Part shown: positions 40,841 to 50,175 of the stretch, piece after piece
Position numbering within the stretch: the first letter of the stretch is position 1
Layout of the letters: each line of letters starts with the position of its first letter
Assembly (NCBI GenBank): GCA_965204575.1
Contig: OZ241993.1
Span: 288,001-352,000 of the forward strand
DNA length: 64,000 bases
Direction of reading: 5' to 3'
From: an uncultured candidatus Porisulfidus sp.
Lineage (GTDB): Bacteria; Pseudomonadota; Gammaproteobacteria; Poriferisulfidales; Poriferisulfidaceae
Made by a program: the position numbers and the translations under genes
Notes under the pieces: model-generated
Seen by the model: only the letters and a program-made list of their open reading frames with translations
What the model was told of the DNA's origin: nothing
Databases searched by the model: none

Positions 40841-42322
40841 TCAGAACAACCTCTGAAAACCCAAGCGAAGGGTGAAATTGTCCCGGTCGTAAAGGTCGAT
40901 ATTGGATTTCGTCTCGGTAAGGCCGAACGTGAGTTCCGGGAGATAACCGTTCCATGAATAGGCCCGATTGGAGACGGTGACGTTAAGGTTCCGATGCTGA
41001 TCCTTGCGCCGCCTCTGGAAAAGCGGATCGGCCCCCTGGTACCGGGATTCCGACAGCGTGGCCACCGCTGACACGTGCCAGTTCAGGCCAAAGACGGTCT
41101 CATAAGCGAGCATTCCCTGGTTTGATTTCCAACGCTGCGTGGACAGATCGGGGTGTTCCATGGAAAACGTCCAGCCCGCCGTCACCCGTGCATTCCGAAA
41201 TGAACGTTCCGTATACAAGTTGAGCGCCTGTCCCTTCGGCTCCAGCCGACTTGAACCCTCGCTGTATTGAGTGTCCCAATAGCGGACATAGCCGCCGAGC
41301 GCCCAATGCCCGGGCAGACTCTGCCGTGCAGAAAGCCGTATCCAGGCGCTGCCCGAATAAGGATCACCGCCCCGCCAACGTTTCTCGTAACCGATATCCG
41401 CGCCGGCATAGCCCGGAAGCTTGTGGCCCGCGAATTCCGTCAGGTAGAACCATTGAGGGCCCGTCGACAGATTCAGCCAAGTGCGGTTGTGCGCCTTGGC
41501 GTTTCGGGCCGTGTTGCGCGCAAGCCCGATCCGGGAGTTCAGGCGCAGGCTTCCATCTTCCCGCAAGGGCATGCGATGGAGAAGGTTGACTCCTGTTCGG
41601 ACCACCCATGCTTCGATCGGCTTCTCGTTCACGGTGAACGGCAACCCGCCGAACAGGGGGATTTCCACCTGATCCACTTCGGTTGCGTTGTTGACGTTAT
41701 CGTCCTTCCAGACACTGAAGTCGTAGTCGATCAGCAAGCTCTTACGGCGATGGATGCGCTCCAGAAATTTCTCCACATTGCGCTGTACCGGCTCCGGCAG
41801 GTCCTTCTTCTCGCGGATCTCCCGGAATATCGCATCGGCTTCCTCGTCTCGCCCCGTTGAGTACAGCATGGCGGCATAATCCAACTGGAGCCGGTCGACC
41901 TGCGGGTATTCCTTGGCAAGCCGCCCCAATATCCGTGTCGCCATCTCGCGGTTGCCAAGCCCCATATATGCCTGCGCCGCCAGGAAAAGGATGTCGGCGG
42001 TCGTCCGCCCGCCCAGCATTTGGGTCGCCTGTTCCAGCAGTTTCAGGGTCTGAGCCGGATTGCCCTGCTGGAGTTGCCGACCCGCCGCCATGATCAGTTG
42101 TCGGTACTTCTCCTCCGAAGCGTGCTGTCCGTCGGGCTGCGCGGGCTCGGGCTCGGCTTCAGCCGATTTCACGGGAACCGATGGTGTGGCTTCATCGGCC
42201 CACCCGGCACCGGGACACAAGCCTAAGAGGATCGCCAAGCCGATACAGGCGGGTCGGGGTAATCCGCCGGGCGACAGAACCAAGCTTTCAGTAATAGGCG
42301 AAGATGTCGGAAAAACAGACAT
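40841..42322 (-). CDS. Slam-like (TPR plus DUF560 beta-barrel) outer-membrane protein
   Basis: Signal peptide, TPR helices (RLQLDYAAMLY, LPEPVQRNVEKFL), DDNVNNA barrel start, SNIDLY and C-terminal LGFQRLF. Confidence 0.78.
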   Translation of the reverse strand: MSVFPTSSPITESLVLSPGGLPRPACIGLAILLGLCPGAGWADEATPSVPVKSAEAEPEPAQPDGQHASEEKYRQLIMAAGRQLQQGNPAQTLKLLEQATQMLGGRTTADILFLAAQAYMGLGNREMATRILGRLAKEYPQVDRLQLDYAAMLYSTGRDEEADAIFREIREKKDLPEPVQRNVEKFLERIHRRKSLLIDYDFSVWKDDNVNNATEVDQVEIPLFGGLPFTVNEKPIEAWVVRTGVNLLHRMPLREDGSLRLNSRIGLARNTARNAKAHNRTWLNLSTGPQWFYLTEFAGHKLPGYAGADIGYEKRWRGGDPYSGSAWIRLSARQSLPGHWALGGYVRYWDTQYSEGSSRLEPKGQALNLYTERSFRNARVTAGWTFSMEHPDLSTQRWKSNQGMLAYETVFGLNWHVSAVATLSESRYQGADPLFQRRRKDQHRNLNVTVSNRAYSWNGYLPELTFGLTETKSNIDLYDRDNFTLRLGFQRLF

Positions 42323-42370
42323 TTTATTTCCTTGATGTCTGCGCAATTGTAATCGCAATGCAGGTGGAAA

Positions 42371-43060
42371 CTACCTGTCGCTACCCAATTCCCGCTTCTC
42401 ATAGATGTTCGTAATGTGCCGCCCATCCCAGACGTAGCAGAGATGCCGTTCCTGCCGAGCGTTCGAGAGAACGGACGGACGGAAAACAGCGGCGCATTCA
42501 CCTCCGGCCTGGCGGAGGCTATCGTAAACGATCCCATTGGATCCAGACTCGTGTAACGTCCTGCTTAAGTGTTGGCCTGCTGCATGATCGTCAGGGTGAT
42601 AGATGAGTGGCTGCGTGGTTCCTTGTCCGCGCAGGTCATGGAGTTTGCCCTCAAGGTCAACCAGGTAGACCCGCATGTCCAGTTCCATGTGTGGCTGTGA
42701 GGTAGCGCGCAGGAACCGCTCGCGGTAATGCCGGGTTTCGGCAATGGCCGTATCGAGGTGATTCGCGGAATAGAAGACCCCGTAGGAACCATCGGAGAAC
42801 CGGCTGCCGCTCGGATTCAGGTGGGCGAACGCCGCCATAATGATGCTGGTGCCCGGTCCACTGATGCGGTCTTCGGCGGGAAAAACCTGTATGGCGCCCG
42901 CCTCGTCACGAAGCCTGGGGTTGGTCAGCGCGTCCAATTCGAAGATTGCCTCCAGGTCTTGCGGCTCCGCCACCCTCTCGAAGAGCTGGACCGGCGGGAA
43001 TCGGCTGGGAATGATTCGCCAGGACGGCTTCCACGCGATACGGGCAACCGGCAGCGTCAC
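42371..43060 (-). CDS. RES-domain NAD+-degrading toxin
   Basis: RIIPSRFPP, SRFSDGSYGVFY, AIAETRHY and GIVYDSLR (R-E-S) motifs. Confidence 0.92.
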   Translation of the reverse strand: MTLPVARIAWKPSWRIIPSRFPPVQLFERVAEPQDLEAIFELDALTNPRLRDEAGAIQVFPAEDRISGPGTSIIMAAFAHLNPSGSRFSDGSYGVFYSANHLDTAIAETRHYRERFLRATSQPHMELDMRVYLVDLEGKLHDLRGQGTTQPLIYHPDDHAAGQHLSRTLHESGSNGIVYDSLRQAGGECAAVFRPSVLSNARQERHLCYVWDGRHITNIYEKRELGSDR

Positions 43061-43461
43061 GCCCAGCCGCCACGCTCTGCGTCGAGGTACTGCCGGACGA
43101 GGAACAAGTCTGCCACTTGGCCGGACAGCATCCGGTCAAGCGCTGACTGGCCGCCGAACAGGGGGGCGGCGTTTGGCTTCTTCACCCATTCATCGGCGGC
43201 TTTTTCGTCGGGCAGAAGAATCTGAAGCGCCTTGTAGATTCCTATGATGTAGGAGATGCGCTCCAGGGCGTCCTTGGGCAGAACGACGTTGGCATCCTTC
43301 TTCCATTTGAAGAAAGTCGAGCGGGCGCTGAGCCCGAGAAGGGTGATCTGTTCTTCGGCCGACAGGCCCCAAAGCTCCATGATGCGGAAAAACGCACGTA
43401 GGGCGGGGCCAGACATGGCCTTGCGGTCGGGAACTGTCGCCGGGAGTGTTTGCGTAGCCAT
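43057..43461 (-). CDS. Xre/MbcA/ParS antitoxin (DUF2384)
   Basis: LRAFFRIMELWGLS, LERISYIIGIYKAL and W...PNAAPLFGG....RQYLDAERGG motifs; GTGA-coupled to the RES gene. Confidence 0.92.
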   Translation of the reverse strand: MATQTLPATVPDRKAMSGPALRAFFRIMELWGLSAEEQITLLGLSARSTFFKWKKDANVVLPKDALERISYIIGIYKALQILLPDEKAADEWVKKPNAAPLFGGQSALDRMLSGQVADLFLVRQYLDAERGGWA

Positions 43462-43467
43462 AATAAG

Positions 43468-43510
43468 TACATATATAAATATATGTATTATTATAGTCTA
43501 TTTTTGGACT
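43468..43510 (-). promoter_or_regulatory. promoter/operator region of xre-res
   Basis: Perfect IR TACATATA-TAAA-TATATGTA (43468-43487); minus-strand TATAAT (43490-43495); second IR AGTCTA-TTTT-TGGACT. Confidence 0.55.
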
Positions 43511-43633
43511 TTAAGGGGGTATATATGGGAGTATAAGCGCCAACCCCACCCTCTGCAGTAAACTCCCCCAATCTCTCCCTATCAGGGTTGCACTTCAGAG
43601 TTTGACCGGGGAATCAATCTTCCACCAGTTCCG

Positions 43634-45013
43634 TCAACTTAAAACCTGCAGCATCTCTTCGCGACGGGTGAACTTCTCCCGCGGCTTGCCCTTGGGTTCG
43701 CCCCGGCTGACTTCTTCCGCATCAATCCGCTGCCATTCCGGAAAGTCGATGCTGCGCACACCGCGTTCCTGCAGCAACTTGGCCAACGCGTCCATTCCCG
43801 CGCGGTCCGCGGGGAGGTTATTCAGATCCCCCTTCAGAGATTCGACCGTCTGCACCGCGCAGGCGCGGTTGGTTCCGATGATTCCGGAAGGCCCGCGTTT
43901 GATCCAGCCCGCCGTATAGATGCCTGGCACGACCGCCCCATCCGGGCCATCGGTAATCCGGCCATCCTGATTCGGGAAAACACCCCAGGAATCATGGAAC
44001 GGCACACCCTCGATCGGCACTCCCCGGTAACCAATGGAGCGAAACAGCAGCCCGCACTCCAAGGTTTCGGTCTCGCCCGTACCCGAGGCCCGTTGCGAAA
44101 ACGGTTCGCCGGACAGTTCGTTGCGTTCCAGTACCACCCGTTCGATCCGGCCGTCCCCTTCGATTCGGATTGGGCTCCGGCAGAACATCATGCGGCAGGT
44201 CCGGGCCTTGCTCTGCTCTGCATCCTCCGCCATTCTCTCGAAGATTGCCATGTTCTTGGCAGCCACCACGCCTGCCTTCTTGTCGTCGACCTCGGCCTGG
44301 CTGGCTTCATTGAGCACCAACTCTTCTGAAGCGATCGCCGCTTGGCAATTTTCCAGTTCCAGAAACTCGCGCAGTTCCTTGGTGGTGAACTTCGCCTGCG
44401 TCGGCCCCCGGCGCCCAACGACTGCAATTGTTTTGATCCGGCTTTCGGCCAGCGCATCCAAAGCGTGCTGGCTGATGTCGGTATGCTTGAGCTCATCGAC
44501 AGATTTGGACAGGATGCGGGCGACATCCGCCGCCACGTTCCCTTGCCCGATGATCACGGCGGTTTCATGCGAGAAGTCGAATTCCCGGTCCCGGTAGTCC
44601 GGGTGACCGTTGTACCAGCCGACGAACTCCGTCGCGGTATGACTGCCCGCCAGATCCTCGCCCTCGATCCCGAGACGGCGGTCCGTTTCAGCACCGCAGG
44701 TATAAATCACGGCGTGGTAAGCGTCCCGCAACTCCTGCGGCGTGACGTCCCTTCCGACCGTCACGTTGCCGAAAAAGCGAAAACCCTCAAGTGCGGCGAC
44801 TTTCTTGTAGACTTCGATCGACTGCTTGAGCTTGGGATGGTCCGGCGCGACACCACTGCGCACCAGCCCGTAAGGGGAAGGCAGACGCTCGATCAGGTCG
44901 ACCCGGGCAGCGATCTCGGATTTCAGCAATGCCTCGGTGGCATAGAACCCACTCGGCCCGGCGCCGACCACCGCGACCTGCAAGGGCGCGGCTTCTGTCC
45001 CCAGTTGGCTCAC
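43634..45013 (-). CDS. ferredoxin-NADP+ reductase (adrenodoxin-reductase/FprA type)
   Basis: VVGAGPSGFY, PYGLVRSGVAPDH, FVGWYNGHP, GQGNVAADVAR, GRRGP and GWIKRGPSGIIGTN motifs. Confidence 0.92.
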   Translation of the reverse strand: MSQLGTEAAPLQVAVVGAGPSGFYATEALLKSEIAARVDLIERLPSPYGLVRSGVAPDHPKLKQSIEVYKKVAALEGFRFFGNVTVGRDVTPQELRDAYHAVIYTCGAETDRRLGIEGEDLAGSHTATEFVGWYNGHPDYRDREFDFSHETAVIIGQGNVAADVARILSKSVDELKHTDISQHALDALAESRIKTIAVVGRRGPTQAKFTTKELREFLELENCQAAIASEELVLNEASQAEVDDKKAGVVAAKNMAIFERMAEDAEQSKARTCRMMFCRSPIRIEGDGRIERVVLERNELSGEPFSQRASGTGETETLECGLLFRSIGYRGVPIEGVPFHDSWGVFPNQDGRITDGPDGAVVPGIYTAGWIKRGPSGIIGTNRACAVQTVESLKGDLNNLPADRAGMDALAKLLQERGVRSIDFPEWQRIDAEEVSRGEPKGKPREKFTRREEMLQVLS

Positions 45014-45017
45014 GGAA

Positions 45018-45323
45018 TCAGAACCCTAGTGCGGCCTTGCGCTCGTCCGCTCCCGGCAGCGGGTCCATTTTCTCTTCGATCACCGGAAGTTCGGGGGCTT
45101 TCTCAGCATTGATTTCGAGCCACTCCTGCTTGTCCTCCGGCAGGTCGTCTTCTTCGTAAATCGCCTGAACCGGGCATTCCGGGATGCAGGCGCTGCAGTC
45201 AATGCAGACATCCGGATCGATGTACAGCATTTCATCGTCGTAGTGAAAGCAGGCGACTGGGCAGACCGTTACACAATCCGTATAACGGCAACCCTTACAG
45301 TTATCAGTTACGATCGTGGTCAT
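45018..45323 (-). CDS. fdxA: dicluster (7Fe/8Fe, FdxA-type) ferredoxin
   Basis: CKGCRYTDCVTVCPV and CIDCSACIPECPV motifs. Confidence 0.93.
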   Translation of the reverse strand: MTTIVTDNCKGCRYTDCVTVCPVACFHYDDEMLYIDPDVCIDCSACIPECPVQAIYEEDDLPEDKQEWLEINAEKAPELPVIEEKMDPLPGADERKAALGF

Positions 45324-45375
45324 TCAAGGCTCCTAAGTAAGTGAAGCGGGCGCAGGATTAAATTATAGACGAGGG

Positions 45376-46188
45376 TCAACGCGAGTCGAACACCAGGATT
45401 TCGCCGCGGTTCTCTTCTATGCCGTCCCCGCAGTAGCGGCGATAACGCCCACTCATGTGGTCGTCGTCGATCTCGAAGCCGCTCTGCCCCAGGTGGCACA
45501 GGTAAAACCTGAGAAATGTCGGCCGCAGCCAGCAGGAATAAGTGAAGGTCGGCAGTAACTCGACCGGCCGGAACGAAACGATCGAGCCGCGCACCATGCC
45601 GGCGCCCGGACGGATGCCCATCCCGCCCATGACGACGATGGTCCCGGCGCGCATGTTGACGCCGACGAAATCGCCCGCCTGGCCGCCAACCGCGATCAGG
45701 CCGCGGCGCATGGCCGACCCCAATTCGTTCTTGACATCGCCGTGGATCAGGATCTCTCCACCCATGATGCCCATGCGCTGGCCCCGGTAGGCACTGCCCA
45801 CCATGTGCCCGGCATCGCCCATCACCTCGATCCGCCCCCCGCTCATCTCCGGCCCCACCCAGTCCGAAGCGTCTCCGGAAACACGGATGACCCCTCCGGA
45901 CATGCCGGCGCCGAGGTGCATCCCGGCGGAACCATTCACGCGAATCTCGCCCTCCTTCATCCCGGCCCCGATGTACTTGACCCGCGACAGGTCGCCTTCC
46001 AGGCGCAGTGAAACCTGGCCGTTCCCGGTCACCCGGAAGAAGTCCCCGACCCGCACCTTGCGGTTGCCGTGCATCATCCCGAGGTTTTCGATCCCCGACT
46101 GCGACAACCCCTTGATTTTCGCGGGGCTCAGGCATTCCGCCTCGATCGGCACCTCGGGCGTCGCGATCAGTTCCAGCTCGGTGTGCAT
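45376..46188 (-). CDS. fwdC: formylmethanofuran dehydrogenase subunit C (FwdC/FhcC)
   Basis: GXGXG beta-helix repeats (IGAGMKEGEIRVNGSAG, LGAGMSGG, GVNMRAGTI) and ELLPTF. Confidence 0.92.
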   Translation of the reverse strand: MHTELELIATPEVPIEAECLSPAKIKGLSQSGIENLGMMHGNRKVRVGDFFRVTGNGQVSLRLEGDLSRVKYIGAGMKEGEIRVNGSAGMHLGAGMSGGVIRVSGDASDWVGPEMSGGRIEVMGDAGHMVGSAYRGQRMGIMGGEILIHGDVKNELGSAMRRGLIAVGGQAGDFVGVNMRAGTIVVMGGMGIRPGAGMVRGSIVSFRPVELLPTFTYSCWLRPTFLRFYLCHLGQSGFEIDDDHMSGRYRRYCGDGIEENRGEILVFDSR

Positions 46189-46190
46189 GG

Positions 46191-47084
46191 TCAGCCGCTC
46201 TCCAGCAGTTCGTAGAGGGAAAACTTGTACTGGCCGAGCGTTCCGCCGTAGTTCCCCGCACTGACGTAGTCCACGCCACGCTCCGCCGCAGCCTGGATGC
46301 CCCGCCGCATGGCTTCGCGCAGCACAGCCTCGTCGAGGCCGTTGACCACCACCTCGTAAACCGCCGCGATGCCTTCCGGCAGCGCCGAATTCTCCACTCG
46401 CCCCCGCAGGGTCGGGCAGTAGGCTTCGTTGGTCGAGGCGATCAGGTTCTTGTAGCGGGAACCCACCTTGCTGCCGGAACCGACCACGCCCTGCGGGAAC
46501 GGCAGGAACACGCCCGCCACGTCGCGCATCGCATCGGCCGCGCCGGAGGCGGCGCGCAGAGCGGTTCGCCCGCTTTTCCCCAGCATCAACAGGTTGCCAC
46601 CACCGATGGCGGGCTGGACCCCGAACACATCATCGACCAGGAACTCTCCCCCCATGATCGGGATTCTCCAGAACCTCCGGCCCCCCACCACCTTGGCGAT
46701 CTGGTGGCCGTCGCCGAAGAACCGCAGCCGCTGGCCGACCGGGACAGTGGTTTCGCCGTCCAACCCGTTGTAGCAGGCGGTCGTCGGGCAGGTCATCACG
46801 CACTGCCCGATCCGTTCGACCAGGCGGGCGCTCATGTCCTTCTCGCTCATCGCGAACAGCAGCACGCTGATTCCCGGGCGCAGGTCCGGCGTGTCGGTGT
46901 CGGGAATCTCGCATTCCACCGCCGCCTCGCATTTGCAGCGGATCACGGAAGTGGCGAAGCCGGTGAAGGACTGTGCCGCGGCACGCGCCCAGTTCTTGGT
47001 GTCGGCGGTGATGATGACGCGCGCGCCCCACATGCCGAAGGCCTCGGCGAAGGTGTCGACCACCTCGGTCTTGCCGACCCTCAT
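46191..47084 (-). CDS. ftr: formylmethanofuran:tetrahydromethanopterin formyltransferase (Ftr/FhcD)
   Basis: ATG 47084; DTFAEAF, GFATSVI, TPDLRPG, RIGQCVMTCPTT, GSKVGS and SAGNYGG motifs. Confidence 0.95.
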   Translation of the reverse strand: MRVGKTEVVDTFAEAFGMWGARVIITADTKNWARAAAQSFTGFATSVIRCKCEAAVECEIPDTDTPDLRPGISVLLFAMSEKDMSARLVERIGQCVMTCPTTACYNGLDGETTVPVGQRLRFFGDGHQIAKVVGGRRFWRIPIMGGEFLVDDVFGVQPAIGGGNLLMLGKSGRTALRAASGAADAMRDVAGVFLPFPQGVVGSGSKVGSRYKNLIASTNEAYCPTLRGRVENSALPEGIAAVYEVVVNGLDEAVLREAMRRGIQAAAERGVDYVSAGNYGGTLGQYKFSLYELLESG

Positions 47085-48757
47085 TTGCCCCTCTTCTTCC
47101 GCCCGTTCCCGGAATTGCGCAGCGGGATGACCTCGTGATCGTGGAGATAGGAGGCATCCACCCGGTAGTTGTTGAACTGGATCGAATAGTAGTCCTCGAA
47201 GAACGGCCGGATCTGCTCCTCGATCGTCGGATCGTGCTCGGGCTCCGTATGCAGGAACCGCCCGATGTGGTCTTCGACGAATTCGTGATCCTCGATGATC
47301 AGCTTGCCCGCCTTGATGACGTAGCGCGGCGCGTTGAACATCCTTTCGCGGTTTTCGTCGTCGGTAAAGATCGTGATGTCGGCATCCGCGCCCACCCCCA
47401 GGTGCCCCTTGTTCGCCAGGCCCAGCGCCCGGGCGGGGGCGGCTCGGGTGATGATGGCGATTTCCGACAGGGTGTATTCCCGGTCCAGTTGCGGCAGCAG
47501 GCAGTTGTTGATCGCCTTCTGGTTGACCTGCCCCATCATCTCGGCGCGAAAGCCCCGGTCCATCAGCAGGCGGATCAGCCGGGGATACGTTTGGAAGGAA
47601 GCGCCGTTCGGGCTGTCGGTCGAGAACATCACCCGCCAGGGGTCCTGCGAGAGCAGGAACAGCTCCAGGCCGATCGCCCACTGCATGGTATGCGTGTAAT
47701 TCGTGTTCTGGTAGGAAAACGGCATGACCCCGCAGCCGCTCTCGCACTCGGTGTCCGCATTGACCCACTTGGTGTCCTTGGAGCGCAGCATCCAAGTCAG
47801 CGGCGCATCCGCCGTCATGGCGGTCGCCTTGCCGAACATCACCATGCCGATGTCGGTGGTGATGTTTTCGTGGGTGTTGATGTAGTCGATGATGGCTTCC
47901 GAGCCGGTCTGGACGCGCTTTCCAAGTTCGCCGGCATAACTGTGGAACTGGACGTGCGCGATGTGCGCCCGGTGCCCCTCGGCCGCTTTCATCGTATCCA
48001 GCGTGGTCTGGACATTGCCGCTGTGCCCCAGGTTGTTGCAGTGGATGTGCGCCGGATGCGGCAGGTCCAGTTCGTCCACCGCCTCGATGAAGGCCGCGGT
48101 CGCCTGCAGCGGCGTGAACTCGAACGGATCGACTTCCTCGTTGACGTCCGTGACGTTCTCGTTGCGCTTGCCCTTCCAGAGTTCGTCGCTGCCCGCGTTG
48201 ACCAGCTTGACGCCGGCCGCCCGCGACGCCGTGACCCACCACGCGATGGCCTCCTTGAACTCCTTCCTGCGGCCCTGCTTCAGCAGGTCGTACAGGAACA
48301 TGTTGTTGCCGAGCAGGACGTAGAAGCCCTTGTCGATCACCGGCGTGTCGTGGAATTCCTCGATCACGTGGCGCGCCGCCATCGGCGGCACCGCCGCATC
48401 GAAGGCCGTGGTGTAGCCGAGCGCGGCGTAGCGGTAGCCCGTGGCGAACGTCGAGGGCGCGATCCCGCCGACCCCGGAACGGGTGATCGCGGTGCCCGGA
48501 TGGACGTCCAGGCGATGGTCCTCGGGCTGCAACTTGCGCGCGAGATTGACTTTCGGTCCGGCGATGTGGCTGTGGATATCGACCCCGCCCGGCATCACCA
48601 CCATGCCGCGGGCATTGATGGCCCGCGCTTTCTCGGAGATCTTGTCCACCACGCGCCCGTCGCGCACCAGGATATCGCGGACCTCGCCGTCGATGCCGTT
48701 GGCCGGGTCGTAGACCTTCCCGCCCTTGATGCGCAGTTCCACGCTGTTCTCAGCCAT
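47081..48757 (-). CDS. fwdA: formylmethanofuran dehydrogenase subunit A (amidohydrolase, FwdA/FhcA)
   Basis: VYDPANG, GGVDIHSHIAG, GVKLVN, HIHCNNLG, HVQFHSY, STDSPNG and KGHLGVGADADI motifs. Confidence 0.95.
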   Translation of the reverse strand: MAENSVELRIKGGKVYDPANGIDGEVRDILVRDGRVVDKISEKARAINARGMVVMPGGVDIHSHIAGPKVNLARKLQPEDHRLDVHPGTAITRSGVGGIAPSTFATGYRYAALGYTTAFDAAVPPMAARHVIEEFHDTPVIDKGFYVLLGNNMFLYDLLKQGRRKEFKEAIAWWVTASRAAGVKLVNAGSDELWKGKRNENVTDVNEEVDPFEFTPLQATAAFIEAVDELDLPHPAHIHCNNLGHSGNVQTTLDTMKAAEGHRAHIAHVQFHSYAGELGKRVQTGSEAIIDYINTHENITTDIGMVMFGKATAMTADAPLTWMLRSKDTKWVNADTECESGCGVMPFSYQNTNYTHTMQWAIGLELFLLSQDPWRVMFSTDSPNGASFQTYPRLIRLLMDRGFRAEMMGQVNQKAINNCLLPQLDREYTLSEIAIITRAAPARALGLANKGHLGVGADADITIFTDDENRERMFNAPRYVIKAGKLIIEDHEFVEDHIGRFLHTEPEHDPTIEEQIRPFFEDYYSIQFNNYRVDASYLHDHEVIPLRNSGNGRKKRGK

Positions 48758-48791
48758 GCCGGCCGTCTCCTGCCCTGGCCTGCGATGGGAG

Positions 48792-50150
48792 TCAGGCCGC
48801 CTTCTTGCGGCCGTTCGCCCGGAGTTTCTTCACCCGGTCGAGGATCCCGGTCAGGACCTCCTCGTCAGTCGGAAACGGGGAATCGAAGGCCGGGCGCAGG
48901 GTGATCGGCACGTCGTCCATGCGATAGACGGTGCCGCCCGTGTTGATCCCGTAGGTGGCCACCATGAAGGCAACCCGCGCCTGCCGGCTGGTGTAGGTCG
49001 GCTTGGCATCCAGCGAAATCACCGGAATTTTCTTCAAGTGCTCAATGGCGCGTTTCGGGAAATTCGAGGCCGGGTCGGTGGCGATCATCATGGCCGCGTC
49101 GGCGTCACCGCGCGCCAGCAGGTCCACGGTGGTGTATTCGCCGGGGTTGAAGCGCGGGTAGCCGCGGTGGAAATTGACGCCGAACGGGTAGCCGGTCTGC
49201 CAGGACACCACGTTGTCGGCGCCGGTGACGTTGCCGTGGCCGCGGACCGGCTTGGCGACGAAGTGCGTATACCTGTTGAGGTCGGTGGCCAGCGCCAGCA
49301 GCGCCCCCGAGTTGAAGTGGCGGCCGCGGGTCATGGTCAGGCCCATGCCGAAGAACAGGACCCCGAAGTTGCAATTCTTCATGCGTTCCACCAGTTCGTC
49401 CAGGACTTCCCGCGACACGCCCGTAATTTCCTCGATGTCGGGATCGATATCGCGGCCCCGCACCAGGGCGCGCAACGCCCACAGCAACTCGAAGTCGCGA
49501 CCGGGCTTGACCCGGATGAGCTGATCCGCCACCGGCGCACTCGGCGTCTTGCGGACGTCGATCAACACCACGTGACGGTCTTTCTTGCCGTTCGGGATGT
49601 AGCGCCCCTTCGGCGTCACGGTATAGCGGGTGAAATGCCGCGGATGGGACTCGGCCGGGTTGCCGCCCCAGTAAATGACCAGGTCGGCGCGGTTCTTGAC
49701 CTCTCCCAGGGTCGACGTGCTTTCGCCCACGCCCTGGAACGCGATGCCGGACGGGCCATGGCACACGGAAGTGGTGGTGTCGATGTTGCCGAGCACCAGG
49801 TCATTGATGGCCACCGCCACCCGCTGCGCCTCGCATGGAGAATCGCTCAGGCCGTAGGTGATCGGGAATTTCGCTTCGTGCAGGATGCGCGCGGCTTCGT
49901 CCATCGCTTCTTCCAATGGCACCTCGCGCCCGTCGATCATCGCCTGCGGGTGATCCTCGATGCCGTGCTGGAGGAACCAGGCCCGGCCGAGAACGCAGGC
50001 GTTCTTGGCTTTCGTAATCCGGTTCGCGTCAAGGTCGACGGTCAACTCCATGTCGTCGCAGACACACCCGCAGAATGTGCAGGTGGCATCCTCGACGATG
50101 CGGATATTGGGTTCGTCCTTGGGGGCTTCGGTGGTTTTGGTGTCGCTCAT
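48792..50150 (-). CDS. fwdB: formylmethanofuran dehydrogenase subunit B (Mo/W-bisPGD and [4Fe-4S] catalytic subunit)
   Basis: CTFCGCVCDD plus ACVLG cluster cysteines; TSVCHGPS; TLGEVKNRADL; SHPRH; RGHGNVTG; WQTGYP; GTVYRMD. Confidence 0.93.
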   Translation of the reverse strand: MSDTKTTEAPKDEPNIRIVEDATCTFCGCVCDDMELTVDLDANRITKAKNACVLGRAWFLQHGIEDHPQAMIDGREVPLEEAMDEAARILHEAKFPITYGLSDSPCEAQRVAVAINDLVLGNIDTTTSVCHGPSGIAFQGVGESTSTLGEVKNRADLVIYWGGNPAESHPRHFTRYTVTPKGRYIPNGKKDRHVVLIDVRKTPSAPVADQLIRVKPGRDFELLWALRALVRGRDIDPDIEEITGVSREVLDELVERMKNCNFGVLFFGMGLTMTRGRHFNSGALLALATDLNRYTHFVAKPVRGHGNVTGADNVVSWQTGYPFGVNFHRGYPRFNPGEYTTVDLLARGDADAAMMIATDPASNFPKRAIEHLKKIPVISLDAKPTYTSRQARVAFMVATYGINTGGTVYRMDDVPITLRPAFDSPFPTDEEVLTGILDRVKKLRANGRKKAA

Positions 50151-50175
50151 GGTCTCAACGGGCAAGGCAGGATTT

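Noticed and set aside
46191-48242. Apparent 683-aa Ftr with a long N-terminal extension
   Set aside because: The extension overlaps fwdA out of frame; Ftr homology starts at ATG 47084, which overlaps the fwdA stop
48792-50150. Selenocysteine in FwdB
   Set aside because: The metal-ligand position is an ordinary Cys codon (TGC) and the frame has no internal TGA
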